In this document: positions 41,221 to 54,542 of the stretch, one piece after another
Layout of the letters: each line of letters starts with the position of its first letter
How positions within the stretch are numbered: position 1 is the first letter of the stretch
Assembly (NCBI RefSeq): GCF_964355755.1
Contig: NC_092675.1
Coordinates: forward strand, 22,540,912-22,604,911
From: Antedon mediterranea
Taxonomy: Eukaryota; Animalia; Echinodermata
Length of the DNA: 64,000 bases
Reading direction: 5' to 3'
Program-made: the position numbers and the translations under genes
Notes under the pieces: model-generated
Database searches by the model: none
The model's input: the letters and a program-made list of their open reading frames with translations, nothing else
What the model was told of the DNA's origin: nothing

Positions 41221-41809
41221 CATATAACTGCATAATTTGATTTTATTTGTTTGAAAAAAAAAGTGCAAACTTGGTGGTGTTCAATTAGATGTAGATAATA
41301 TCATAGTCAAAATATAATGGTATATAAATATATTTATGTAAGTAAATGTTTAACAAATTCTATAAACATTGCAGATTGATATCCAATAATATGTTCCCCT
41401 TCTAGTTACATTAGCAATGTGTAACCAAGTGAATCTGTATGTGTATATTGAATGGTGAAAATAAATTAACTATAGAGGTAGAATTCATGTTCACTTTTTT
41501 TTATCAGAATCACAGAGTATTCAGAGATGAAACATTTAGCCTGACAAGCTTTGTGTTCGAAACATGTCCTAGACTGACAAGCTTGTGTCCGAAAGATCTC
41601 CTAGCCCGACGAGCTTCTATCGGGAACATCTCCTAGCCTGACTAATTACCCTCTTAAAATAACTACTCCTAAAGACAACTGCTATTAAATAATACAATCC
41701 ATTGTAAAGACAATGAATAGAAAAATTCACTGTACTATAATACAGGGATTTTGTCCAAAAATTAAATTCTTTTCAATAATATTGTTAAAGATGCGCATAC
41801 ATTGAGTTA

Positions 41810-42208
41810 AGGCCCATTTACACTAGGGCGATAACGATCGACAATAAATAGACAAGCATGCATTTTTCTTATATAAAACAAAATAATTTAGAAAGTTTTT
41901 CGTTCTAGAATTATAGAATACTCATTTATTCTGTCTTTGATAAAATAATATTTTTTTTTAAATCCAATCAAATGACGTCATGATCAATAAACCGTAAATA
42001 TCGTTGTATTGTCACGATATTATTGCTCTTACTAATCATGATGTCATTTGATTGGACGTCTGAAATTATCATTTTCATCAAAGGAAGCATAGATGGTTTC
42101 TAAATAGTCCTAGAATAAATACTTTTTAGATTTCTTTTGTTTTATGTATGAGCAATGCATGCTTGTCTATTTATCGTCGATTGTTATCGTCCTAGTGTAA
42201 ATGGGCCT
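41810..42208. mobile_element. PIF/Harbinger foldback MITE, TTA TSD
   Basis: AGGCCCATTTACACTAGG.CGATAAC...GACAAGCATGCATT is inverted at the far end; TTA at 41807-41809 and 42209-42211. Nearly the whole element is self-complementary. Confidence 0.88.
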
Positions 42209-42212
42209 TTAT

Positions 42213-43296
42213 CCTCTTATTGATGTATAGTAACCAGTTACGTCAAATAAAAGGCTAGAAATTTGCCAATTTTTGAAAGGGAAACAATTTTTGTACTTAT
42301 AATAGTACAGGGAGTTTTGTCAACAAAATACACTTTTCAAATTGATAAATAAATAAATACACTTTTCAAAGTCAATAATTTTGTCATAATGTTTCTTTGT
42401 ATGTTTATACATGCAATATATAGTATCATCTTATTGATGTATAGTAACCAGTTATGTCAAAGAATAAAAGGCTATAAATTTGCCAATTTTTGGAAAGAAT
42501 CCCTGTACAGGGATTTGTCCAAAAAGGGCTACAAAATATACACTTTTCTAAATTAAATAATTATGTCATAATATAATAGTATAGTCACAATATATAGTAT
42601 CATCTTATTGATGTATAGTAACCAGTTATGTCAAAGAATAAAAGGCTATAAATTTGCCAATTTTTGGAAAGAATCCCTGTACTATAGTACAGGGATTTGT
42701 CCAAAAAGGGCTACAAATATACACTTTTCTAAATTCAATAATTATGTCATTGAAATATGTCATAATATAATAGTATAGTCACAATATATAGTATCATCTT
42801 ATTGATGTATAGTAACCAGTTATGTCAAAGAATAAAAGGCCAATTTTTGGACAGAATCGCACAGGGATTTGTCCAAAAAGGGCTACAAATATACACTTTT
42901 CTAAATTCAATAATTATGTCATAATATAATTGTATAGTCACAATATATAGTATCATCTTATTGACGTATAGTAACCAGTTATGTCAAAGAATAAAAGGCT
43001 ATAAATTTGCCAATTTTTGGAAAGAATCCCTGTATAGTACAGGGATTTGTCCAAAAAGGGCTACAAATATGTACTTTTCTAAATTCAATAATTATGTCAT
43101 TGAATTATGTCATAATATAATAGTATAGTCACAATATATAGTATCATCTTATTGATGTATAGTAACCAGTTATGTCAAAGAATAAAAGGCTATAAATTTG
43201 CCAATTTTTGGAAAGAATCCCTGTACTATAGTACATGGATTTGTCCAAAAAGGACTACAAATATGCACTTTTCTAAATTCAATAATTATGTCATAA
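42213..43296. repeat. Tandem repeat, ~160-210-bp unit, ~6 copies
   Basis: TCTTATTGA(T/C)GTATAGTAACCAGTTA recurs near 42215, 42429, 42603, 42797, 42956 and 43147; units contain a variably deleted palindrome AATCCCTGTACTATAGTACAGGGATT. Confidence 0.92.
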
Positions 43297-44554
43297 TGTT
43301 TCTGTATATGTGTATACATTGCATAAAAAAACCTAAATCAACTTTGACTTTCCTCTGTGATTCTAACAACGGATTCTTTGTAATCTTTCCACTGAATAAG
43401 CTTGTATAACCCGAAAAAAAAAAAAACAATAATGGAAGAGAATAGCACTAGTTTGAATCAGAAACATACCTTTTACTTTCCAAATCCAATTGGAATTTTT
43501 ATGGTTTGGATTTAGTACAAATATATTTTGTAATAATTGTATAACAATGAGGTATTGTATGTATTATATCCTATTCTATACGACATACAGACAATTACCC
43601 GTGCAGGTACAATTTCACGTACAATATTTTAATATTTTAAAATTATCATTCATTTTCATGAACACCCTTTTTAAATCTAGTTGCCTCTATAATACCAATA
43701 AAAAGCCCTTATTTACGAGAGTTTGTATCATAAACAAGCTTAATACCAGCAAATTTCAAAAGTTTCATACTAAAAATTGTTTTTGTGCTGCTTGAGCAAC
43801 GAATTTTTAGTTAAATTTCAGAATACATTTTTTTTTTACCAACAATAATATTTCATGTCTCTCTGGAACTAGAGTTTATGCCTTTGAGATTGGTAAAATT
43901 TCAATTAAACATACATAGTTTATGCAGAGCTGCAGTAGACCACACAGTAAAGTGGTATTTGAGGGAGTCTCTTATAGAGAGAAAAACCTATAGCCTACAG
44001 TAGGGATGGACCTATGCGTAGGACCTATGCATGCTATAACAAAGCCTAATAATAATAATATTTGCAAGGACTGATGAACTATGTCATGTTTTTTCAAATT
44101 TTTTCAGGTACAGCCGCTCCATAATCTCTTTGCTTTTCTTCCTTATATCTTTTAACATAAAATTATTTTTACTAACACACATTACTGTTTATATGCCTAA
44201 TGTAATATGTTTTACATCTTTAACATAATTTCATAAACATCTTCATGTCGTACAACTACTCGTAACATTTTTTCTCAACTTTCTATCATCTAAAAGTCGT
44301 AGTTAGTCATGCCTCGGGTCACATTCTATGGTCACCGTACAGGTAGGCTACTACATTAGTACTTCTATGAATGGATGACTAGCCGGTGACAATAACGCTA
44401 GTTGGTCATACCCAGTACCGTTTTGATTTTACGTTCATTCGGGAAACCACCTCACGACAAAGCCTAGTGATTTTTTCAAATATTGGGTTTTTTGAGTACC
44501 AAGTCTGGCTTAACATCAAACAAACAAAAACAAACAAAAACAAACGTTATTTAA

Positions 44555-44556
<2 letters not shown>

Positions 44557-44598
<42 letters not shown>
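44557..44598. repeat. (TTA)n microsatellite
   Basis: About 14 TTA units; explains the poly-Leu run in the ORF track. Confidence 0.9.
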
Positions 44599-44599
<1 letters not shown>

Positions 44600-45039
44600 A
44601 TTCATTTAATAAACATTGTACAAATATTCAAGCATTAAATACAAAGAAAATTCACATATATTTACAAGTCAAAAATTCATACAGATTAATAACAAATAAT
44701 GGTTTTATAACGATAATACATTTAACCAGAAGAACTATGTCATGTTTTTTCAATTTACTGTGCGCATGCATGCATGCTTCTTCCTTCCACCAGGTCCAGG
44801 TGACAACAACGCATAGATTGACACAGCTTGTTCTAAAGCTCTGTCTACACATAAAATTAGTTTGACAACAAAAGTTTGATGTGGTGTGGATGCTCAAATA
44901 TGGTAGTGATATGCCCAAATATGGTAGTGATATGACATCATCATGTCCATATATGGGCAAATTTGATAGTTTAGAGAGATCTTTAGGTTGTTGGTCGTCG
45001 ATGTGAATCAATTCATTGTTTCTGTATCATTGATGAGGG

Positions 45040-48000
45040 TCATAATCCAGACCTGGCAATTGTAAAATATTTCTTCTGCCAGCAACCCTTAAACGATGTT
45101 ACACGTACATCAACTTCTCCTTCTTCTAGCTAAAAAAAAAATTGATTTTTAGAGAGGTATAACACATTTATAGAACTTTCACTGCTGGTCTTTAATTTGG
45201 GAAGGAGTACACTTCAGAAATAGTGTGGTTCTTTTAAACTCTACAAACCCACCTGATTGCAGGCGTGAAAATTTCCCTTACATTAAAAAAAATAAATATA
45301 GTTTATTGTCAAAAGGTTGACATTAGACAGTAGTTTGCAACAACCCAACCCTTATCACCATCTTGAAAAACAACAAGATGCTGGTATAATAAAGGAGTAT
45401 GCTTGTGGCAGTGTTTTTATGATGTTAATGGAGCCGAGACAAAATAACAGTGTTCGTGTATGGGTTAAATATAATGTAATGCTAATAGCAGGCCTTGTCT
45501 TTTAAGGCGAGCGAGTGCAATCACTCACCTAACACACTCCTAAACAGCCCTTGAGGTGTGTGATTTACAACATGCTTAAATTTAATAAACTTCTACACAC
45601 CAAAATACAAACAGCACACCTACAGCACCCCTGAATGTATTGAGGAGTGCAATTTGTAGCACACCTATAATTTTCAAAAGACAAGGCCTGTAATAGACCC
45701 TTGTTCACACAGGATATTTTGTTGTTTGTTAGGCAGGATGGTCAGATGCTCACATTATTATGACTAATGAATAAATAGCTAGCTTGTCTTGATAAGTTAG
45801 TAAAACAGTGTGGTGATGTGAGATTCCGTTTTCGGACTTTTTTCCTGTTGTCTTGATCAATGTATTCGGTTTATTAGGCTTTTTCCTGGTTTCTTTTACA
45901 TTAACTTTTTCATTTTTATACTTGTGCTAAACAGCACATAGAGACTATTTGTATTTTGCGCTATATAAATTTAAAACTATTAAACCATTAAATGCTTAAT
46001 CAGAGAGTCATTTTTTAGGGCATCTTACTTAACCAGACGGACAACACAGCGACGACAAGCGGTGGTGGCACATGGTTAGTCTCGATTTATAGACATTATG
46101 AATACTAATCAAAAATGTTGTTTAGTAAAGAGAAACCGATATTATTAAATGAACAGAATTTTGTAATTGAGAAGCTTATACTGTAATTTGGAGATAAATT
46201 GCTATACACAGTTCCAGTCACAAGAGAGTTCTGGCCAATAAGTTCACCACTAGCAAATTTATTAATGCACAATTTATCTTTTAATCACATTAAAAGCTTT
46301 CAATACAAACTACACTTAACAAGTAGCCTAAATTTTTCGGTACTGGTAAATTCAAATTTGGATGTATACCAGATCATGTCAATTTGCTGTGTCAATCAAA
46401 ATAATGCCATAGATAATCCTACAGTACCTACTGGAAACTATTACTGTACTATTCAGTTCTATCTACTGTCCAGTGAAAATCACCCTAAGCTATCTTCTGG
46501 GTATAAGGATATTAGCAATTACAAGGTACCTGGGGAAAATGTTAGCTAGGACTAAGAATGAACAAATCATAAATTAAAGATTGTGCTACTCAGTTACTGT
46601 ATATTATTTCAAATAAATTTAAAAGTAATGAATAAACAACTGCATTAACAGTCAATGCAAATTCTACTAAACTGAAAAATAAAAAGTTGTATGTGTTTAT
46701 GCAAAGTACCAATATAAATACCAATGTATTTTAAGAGGTGAATCTTCAACTATGTTCTTAAAGAAAGAAGGTAAATGTCATTTGCAAATGGCCTGTTTTT
46801 TTTTTTTACTTGTTTTGTAGAACAATTACTTGGGACTTTACGAAACATGACGGGAAGCCACGGGACGGTGCTCATGAATAATTTATGCATGAGTTTTAAC
46901 AAAGTGAGCGGAGATTAGCCTGAAATTCTTAACATTTTAAAGACAACTTAAATATACAGTTTAAATTACACTTAAATGAGGAATTTTAAAAACTACAGTA
47001 AATAATATTTAAAACTAATTTTATTGTTTATAATAATAATAATAATAATAATACAACATTTATATAGCGCCCTTTTCATGAGTAATCATGCTCAAAGGCG
47101 CTTTACAAGCATTATTACCCCAGTATTTTTTTGGGATCAAACACGTATGGAAACATACTCCCATAATGCAGCCGGTAACCAGCGCAAAGTTGTGTCTAGA
47201 TCTAACTGGGTATCCATTTATACACCTGGGTGGAGAGAGGCAACGTAAGTAAAGTATCTTGCCTACAGATACAAGCAATGCGGCGAGAGTTGGATTCGAA
47301 CCTAGGTCTGACGATCGGTAGTCCAACGTCCAACACACTGCGCCACGCGCCCTTAATGAAATAAAATTTTTATTTGGTTAAAATAGCTGTGTTAAAAGCG
47401 TCACTTGAATGCAAGGACCCTAGCTAGGAAGTCTAGACCTATGCTGTATCACTAGAGTCAAGTGATTCAGATGGGCCCCGCGCCACAAGACAGGGAAGGG
47501 ATCGAAGAGATATACTGCCGGTCGTCGTCTTCGCGCAAGGGTGCGTAACTAATAAAACGGCTATGTCGACTGTTTATAATTTTACGCGCTCTAGCAAACA
47601 CATGACATTCGTCATCCTCCCCTAACTGTCATGTTTTGTAAAGTCCCTACTATTAAACATGTGTCGACATTTAATATTACGATCCCTTGGTGTGCCAAAA
47701 ATACTAGAATTCATATATTATATTAAGGTGTCATAAATTATGCAAATACAGTAATCAATTATGTTAATATGATTCATGATTTAAATATAAATATGGACTG
47801 AAAAATTAAAGTATGCTAATGAGTACATTTTGATGAGAAGGCAACATGGATTATGCTAATTTTTGATGTAAATTAACAACAATGTGTAGATGACAATGAT
47901 TATAAATTATACAATGTTAACTTGTGAATCACAATAAATGTTATGTTAATATGGTATAGATTATGCAATATAATTATAATAATTCCATGGATTTATGCTA

Positions 48001-51000
48001 ATTCAAACCTAATTTTAATAATGCAACTGATTAACATACAGTACTGTGTGTAACTCATCAAACATAGTCTATTATTATTTTAGGAATACCAGACAGTAAA
48101 GTATGAATTAAAAGAAATATTTTAAAATTATATTTTTCAATGTCAGATCATAAAAATATATTACAGTGATAATATTATACCTAGAAAGCTTAAAAAATTA
48201 ATCTCAAATGTCTGTTATATTATATTAAAGCAATACGGTGAAAGCAGAGAATACGTTGAATTATGCAGCCTTTTCAATGCCATCCCACACAATTAACCTA
48301 TGTCGTCAATACATTATCATAGCTGATATAAAACTGCAGAGGGCAGCACAAAGAAAATAAAGAATATTCATAAGAGATTCAATTGCAAAAAGTGTGATAG
48401 TATCTATATATAAATTTACGTAAGGGCAAAATTCGGTAAATCTCGGTTTATTTCTAGAATTTCTACTCGATGGTATATAAAGTTGGTTCATACTTTCGGT
48501 ACTGATTTTAACCATCTGATGTAACCCTGTTTACTAATTAAATTGAGTTAGGTAATTAGTTATTGACGATTAAAACGAATTTAGGTTCAACGATTTGCCC
48601 CAAATAGGGGTGTTTTCCGATCGTGGTATACACTGTCTAATGGATGTCCATCTTGAAAAATACCCGCCACAAAAATACGAGGAGGCTTCGCATTTTCCTA
48701 TCTCCTCCTACGATAATTGTTTTTAATAGCTGAAAACTGGTTGAACAGCTAGAGTACAGCATCATAATGTTGAAGACAGGCCGATTTTCTTTAAAAAATA
48801 CTATTTTGATAGATTTAATATACGATTATACAAATGTATTGATTTGCGATGAATGGAACATTCCAATCTCTGTTTCACAAGTGTCTATTCCCTCAGGCGT
48901 CGTAAAGGCAAGTACAGTACTGTATACTCGAAATTTGATCCATTTTTGTTTTCAATCTGTGCTGCAGAGGTTGGATATAATTTTTTTTTAAACGGATAAT
49001 GAGCTAGCGTTTTCACTCGCCGTATATTATGTACAAATCTTTATTATTGCAGTTAAACCACCCACATCATCACCTTTCCCTCACTGGCATGAGTAGCGTT
49101 GTAAAACCAGTAGAGAATAGGCCTACGGTACATCACATGCCCTAAACGCAGAACAACTTTGGTGGGTAGGGTAGGAACCAACTTAAGTATGAATTGGCTC
49201 TAAGAAACAATTGAAAACCATTAGGCCTACTAATTAAGTTGAGTTAGATAATTTAATATTTATTGACGATTAAATCGAATTTATGATTTTCCCCGAATAG
49301 AGGTGGTTTTCACAAATTGTTTTACATTATATTATAAACATATACACGTCGTAGTGATGTAGGCCTATCGTTACATGTGCTGTACTATTTCAATCGACTA
49401 GAACGGTGATAGTTTCAACAAAGTATTACATCGCAATGTTTTACTGTGTTTAGTGGTATATTATTTGTAAAACATGAAAGCAATTAATATTTCGTTACTA
49501 AATGGATAAAGAATATATTTTAACATTGTTCCTCTTTGCACCCATCCTCTTCCCCATCCCTCAACCCTAATGTTACATACAAAACACAAATTAAGTTTGT
49601 TTAAATTTGACTTAAACAATTGGTCTTATTTTGTGACAAGTTTCTCTTTCGGAAGTAATAGGGTGCTAATTTTAGTGAGTACATAAATCACAGTGTCTAT
49701 TTATTCGTTCCTGTACACGACATGTATTATTGTCCTGCGGTACGTACATTTGAAATCGCCAGTTTTTTAACGCTGAAATTATTATGTATTCGAGAACCAT
49801 CTGTGGGCACGACCTAGATGGTACGCGAGCGAATGTTTGTCAGTGGAATGGCACAAATAATTTCATTAGCTGAAAAATGAATTGGTTATATTATGTGAAA
49901 ATATAAAAAATACTCATCTTTCACAGAATTCATTATTTGTTTATTACATAACTTATTAATAACTTCCTTTTAATGAGGTTATTTGAAAAAGGAGCACTCA
50001 AAGTTACATAGAATTATAGACGGGGCGAATCGGGTCATAAGCATTTGGAAGTTTGAGACAATCATTGTCCTAGTTATGAATGTAGATAGCTTCTTTAAGA
50101 TATATAATAGTTAATACTTTAGATGAAGTGGAGCTTGTACACAGTACTGTGTATGTTCTAAAAACCTATGTCAAATTCTTTGCTTTGGCCTGTGGGGGTA
50201 GACAGGGTATCAAGCACACATGTAAAATTATGTCCTTTTCTACCAATTTGTCATCTGGTGCCAACCAGTTAATAATAACTTAACTTATTTTGTATTTTTT
50301 AGATATTTTTATATGAATGCTTATATGCTATATTTGTATTTATTGTGTTTTATTTTGTTTTTTAATATGGCGAGCAATGAATTTCCTTTTTGAGGATCAA
50401 TAAAAGTTATCTTATCTTATCTTATCCTAACTAGTAGTAGTTGGCGCAAGGTTTTGGATTACCTTTAAAGCCAATTTTTATTTTTTAATTGGTATGTTGC
50501 CATGTCATAAATATTAAATCCAATTATTTTTATTTGAATATTGTTTTTATTTGGTGCAATTATGCATTATCATTATTACTGCAATGTGATTGTTTGCAGA
50601 AAACAATAGGGCCAGACCCTGCGGGAACCATGGTTCCAAAGGCAAAGTTTTAATTAATACAGGTACAAGTTATTCGCGGTCGAAAAGAAAATAAGCCAAA
50701 ACTAACATACAGCGTTAATACGTTGTTTCATGTTCCGTGACTTGCTAGATTTAATTATTCATTTTGTCATCTGTTTCGTTCTATGCCCTGCAGATGTACT
50801 TTTTTCTGTTTATTATTTTTTCTTTATTTTTTCAAACTTTTATCTACTAGTATTCTATTCATTTTTTTTATTTCATTATTTTTTTAATTAATTTCTTAAC
50901 TTTATTTGTTCATAATTTTCTATTTTTAATTAATTTGTAAAGGCAATCCCGTCTCAAGATTCACATCTTTCTAGGATTTGCCTCGGTCCATTTTCTTTAT

Positions 51001-51741
51001 TATCTCTTGCCATTGTTGTTTTTTTGTTACTTTTTTTCTTTTAGACGTTAATAATAAATATTCTTTTGAATTTGAATACCATTGCCAAAGAGCTTACCAA
51101 ATCATTCCCATAAAGTTCATGAAAGCAATCCAATGCCATACATTGACGAGCACACATTGTCTTCTCAACACCATGTAATTGCAAACATTTGTCACTCCTT
51201 TCACAATTTGATAATTCATTCTTGTATCTTTTCTCCTAGGTAGAATATAAAATATTGAAATAATTTATTTTGATCCTAATATTATAGAAGATACATTTTT
51301 CGTTTTTTGCTGATCCAATATGTTGAAAAGTACTAGAATTGTCTATTCTATAAAATAAAAAATGTATGCAGTAAAGAGAGGTTAGTTCTACCCTTTCAGG
51401 CAATTTACATTATCGTTTTTATTTAGCTTTTACTTATTTTATTTGTATCTTCATTGAGATACTATTACCAGCCTATTAAGTATTACTAATACATAGGGCA
51501 ACTAAAAATTAAAATATGCAAATCCAAAACAAGATAACAAATCAGACACTGGATGCCCTCATGTCAACATAAACAATCTTGATTCTGATGTGTATTCTGT
51601 TTGATAACTTACTACTTTTGGCTTCTTCTTATAATGATATCTCTGGTATATGTACTGTTTTCTGGCAGCACATCCAATACCAAGTAGATAAAGGTACATG
51701 ACAACCAAACAAAGTACACCAATTCTTAAACTATTATGCAT
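45040..51741 (-). CDS. Small secreted cysteine-rich protein, DUF4787-like, 3 coding exons, 118 aa
   Basis: Exons 51741-51613, 51235-51098, 45129-45040, all phase 0 with AG/GT junctions. Protein MHNSLRIGVLCLVVMYLYLLGIGCA ARKQYIYQRYHYKKKPKV EKRYKNELSNCERSDKCLQLHGVEKTMCARQCMALDCFHELYGNDL LEEGEVDVRVTSFKGCWQKKYFTIARSGL*. Signal-peptide-like N-terminus; the C-x3-C-x4-C..LY..D.LEEGE(I/V)D.R..SFKGC pattern is recalled as DUF4787. Confidence 0.85.
45489..45690. mobile_element. MITE with CAGG...CCTG TIRs and 6-bp TSD
   Basis: CAGGCCTTGTCTTTT / AAAAGACAAGGCCTG; TAATAG on both sides. Confidence 0.7.
46832..47647. mobile_element. GGG...CCC MITE with a nested SINE
   Basis: TIR GGGACTTTACGAAACATGACGG / CTGTCATGTTTTGTAAAGTCCC. 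Confidence 0.7.
47031..47352 (-). mobile_element. tRNA-derived CORE-like SINE with L2-type tail and (ATT)n end
   Basis: Minus strand: GGGCGCGTGGCGCAGT (A-box), GGTTCGAATCC (B-box), GGCAAGATACTTTAC..GCCTCTCTCCACCCAGGTGTATAAATGG, tail GTAAAGCGCCTTTGAG...GCGCTATATAAAT(ATT)n. Confidence 0.85.
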
Positions 51742-54542
51742 TCTATAAAACAAATATGAAAGCAGCATTTGAAAAAAGCTATCCACTTACTAGTAAATGT
51801 GAATGAATTGGAAAAACGGCACAGATTACAATACAATTACAAGTAAAAAATAAAAAAATATAGTTACTGTAGTAAAAGTATAATTAAGCATTTTAAATTA
51901 TTTCACAAAAAAAAAGACACACACAAGGTTATCCCATGGTTTTGGAAGAAATTTCTATTATGAGCCACTAAAATGTGCTTCGACACAACATTTTCTGCTT
52001 TCTGATTGGCTGTTGGATACAAAAAGTAAATTCGCAGTGGGTATACATACTGTTATCCACATGCTAAAATTACTGATGATACTGTATCTGCGCCTTTTCT
52101 AGGCCCCTTATTGTCTATTGAGAAGATAAGGCCTCCGAGTCCGAGACCTGAAAAAATTATTTAATATTATTATTTAATTATTAAATATTTATTCGATACC
52201 GGAGTGTTAGTTATGACCTGACAATGTCTGGTACATCTAGGCAAGCCTAGGCCTACCCTACTCTCTAGAGGCCAAGTTAGTTTTCTCTAGCTACAGAACA
52301 GTAGGTAGGCTTCTCGAGTAGGCCTAGCATCAGAGTGTCTGTAGGCCTAGTAGTAGTGTGAAGTAACTTAATACTAGGCCTCTACTAGAGCCTAGCCTTA
52401 ATATTAGAGGCTCTACTAGTAGAGGCTACTACTAGTACTACTCTACTACTAGTACTGTAGGGCCTAGCTAGGGCCAGGCCCCTAACTAGCTAGCTATTAC
52501 TACCTAGGGCCAGGCTATTGCAATTAAATAAAACATGGATTCCATTAAACATTTTAGGTACCTGATCCTAAAATACAAAACAAACGCATAACTAACCCTC
52601 AGTTCAGAGAAGAATTAGGCCTACCTGATCCCATTAACCTTTAAGTAGTTAGGCCTTCGTTCATCATAACAAAGATCCATCCATGTGTCCCTCTCTCTCT
52701 CCTCTGTAGTCTGCATGCTGCCCTCATGATCAGATGTACAGTATTTTATCAAAACTATCTTTGATAATACAGTATATGATATGTATCCCCAAATATTTTA
52801 TATAGCTGAAGGCTTTACCTCCCCACCACACCCATATAGTAGTAGGGAAGGCAATCGCCGCCAAAAATAAAAAAATACAATTTATTCGTGGTAATATTAC
52901 ATATGGGCTGGCATGAATGTATTGCACAAAAAAGTACGTTGTTCTGCTTCTTCGTTTTAATATAGATAATGTGACATGTCACAGTCGGTAAGGAATGCCT
53001 TAAAAGTCCTATTACTGTAGTGATAAATCACATTTACAACCCACCCAAAACATGTCAACCGACTTCTTTTCAAGGTTGTATGGTTTTCGCTGGAAAGATG
53101 CTGAAATGTATCAGAAAATAAACACCCTAGCAGAGTGTCAATTGCCTCCTTCAAAGAGTGGGAGAAGTGCATGGATCTCCGTCTCCATCCTGTAAATATA
53201 ATAACCATGGACAAAATGTATAATTTTGTCCATGTATCAACATACAGTAACCATCTTGAATTCCACAAGGAAATCTCATTCTGCAATAACGACATTGATT
53301 CCTGAAAACTTGTATAAAGTTAGTCATTGGGCTCCGCTATCATTAATCTTTGGAAGTTGTGCCTGACAAGAATATAATATAGTAGTGCGTCAGTAGAAGC
53401 TTGCTGCACAAGCCGAGACTTGATCAACCAGTGTCACCGTCATGTATGAATGCCTAAAAACATCTAGCAAAGGATGGCTGAACCGAAATTATAATATATT
53501 ATAGTCAGATTGTCCATCGAGACCCAACTCTGTACAACATAACAAACTTTAAAAATCACAAATAATTAATCACTAACATTTTCAATCGGATTTATTTTAA
53601 GCATGTTTTAACTTTTGTTTACAATGCATAATGAAATTGAGTGATTTTTTAACAGTAATATTAGTAAACTAATGACATACCATCTAATAATATTATATTT
53701 GAAAAACAGCAAACTATTCATACTGTATGTGCATATATTGGTGATACATTTATACATCCAAAGCAAATTACAATCTGTATGAATGTGTCAATGGCGCAGA
53801 AAAGGGGGAATGCAAGGGGAAGAGAAAGTTGTTGATAATCAAAAGTTGGTAGTACATAACTCCACTTTTTTCTCTTTCTTCCTCCACAACCTGAAAACCA
53901 CTCTACAACCGAGATAAATGGACTGTATGTAACATACTGTAGGCCTACTGTTAGGAAATTACACATGATTATAATGCACTAATTGCATTGCTAAAACTAA
54001 ACTACAATATTTATCCAAATCTTATATGGCGATTCTATTTTCACATTTTACATGGCAAATGCTCAGGCAAAAATTGAATACTTTTTAATGGATCAAAGAA
54101 CAAGTCTGGCTACCAAACTACTGACATTGAAAATACTTGACAATAATATACTAATCGTGATTTACAGTGGGTAACATTTATACATATACAGTACAAGTTA
54201 ATTTCATTGATATAAAATATGTGGTAATTTTATATACCCATACTTATCAGTTTTAAAGCAGTTTCTTTACACACAAAACCCCTGTAACCCAAGGATCTGT
54301 AAAACCATCTACATGGATGAGTTTAATAAAAGTAAAATGTATGTTATACTGTACTAAGAGTAAATATTCCTCGTCCTGAAAATACTGTTTTTAACCATAT
54401 TGAAAAATTAACTATTTCATAATGAGGGGCACATTCTGACATATAATTATATTAAAGGAAAATAAAAATGGAAAAACATTGAGGCTTTAATAGTGCTTCT
54501 TAATCATGGTGTCTTAAACTACTTTAGTATGGAATATTTTCT

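Noticed and set aside
44386-45011. 159-aa and 119-aa ORFs
   Set aside because: The poly-Leu run comes from the (TTA)n repeat; the region overlaps the likely 3' UTR and flank of the DUF4787-like gene, with no recognisable domain.
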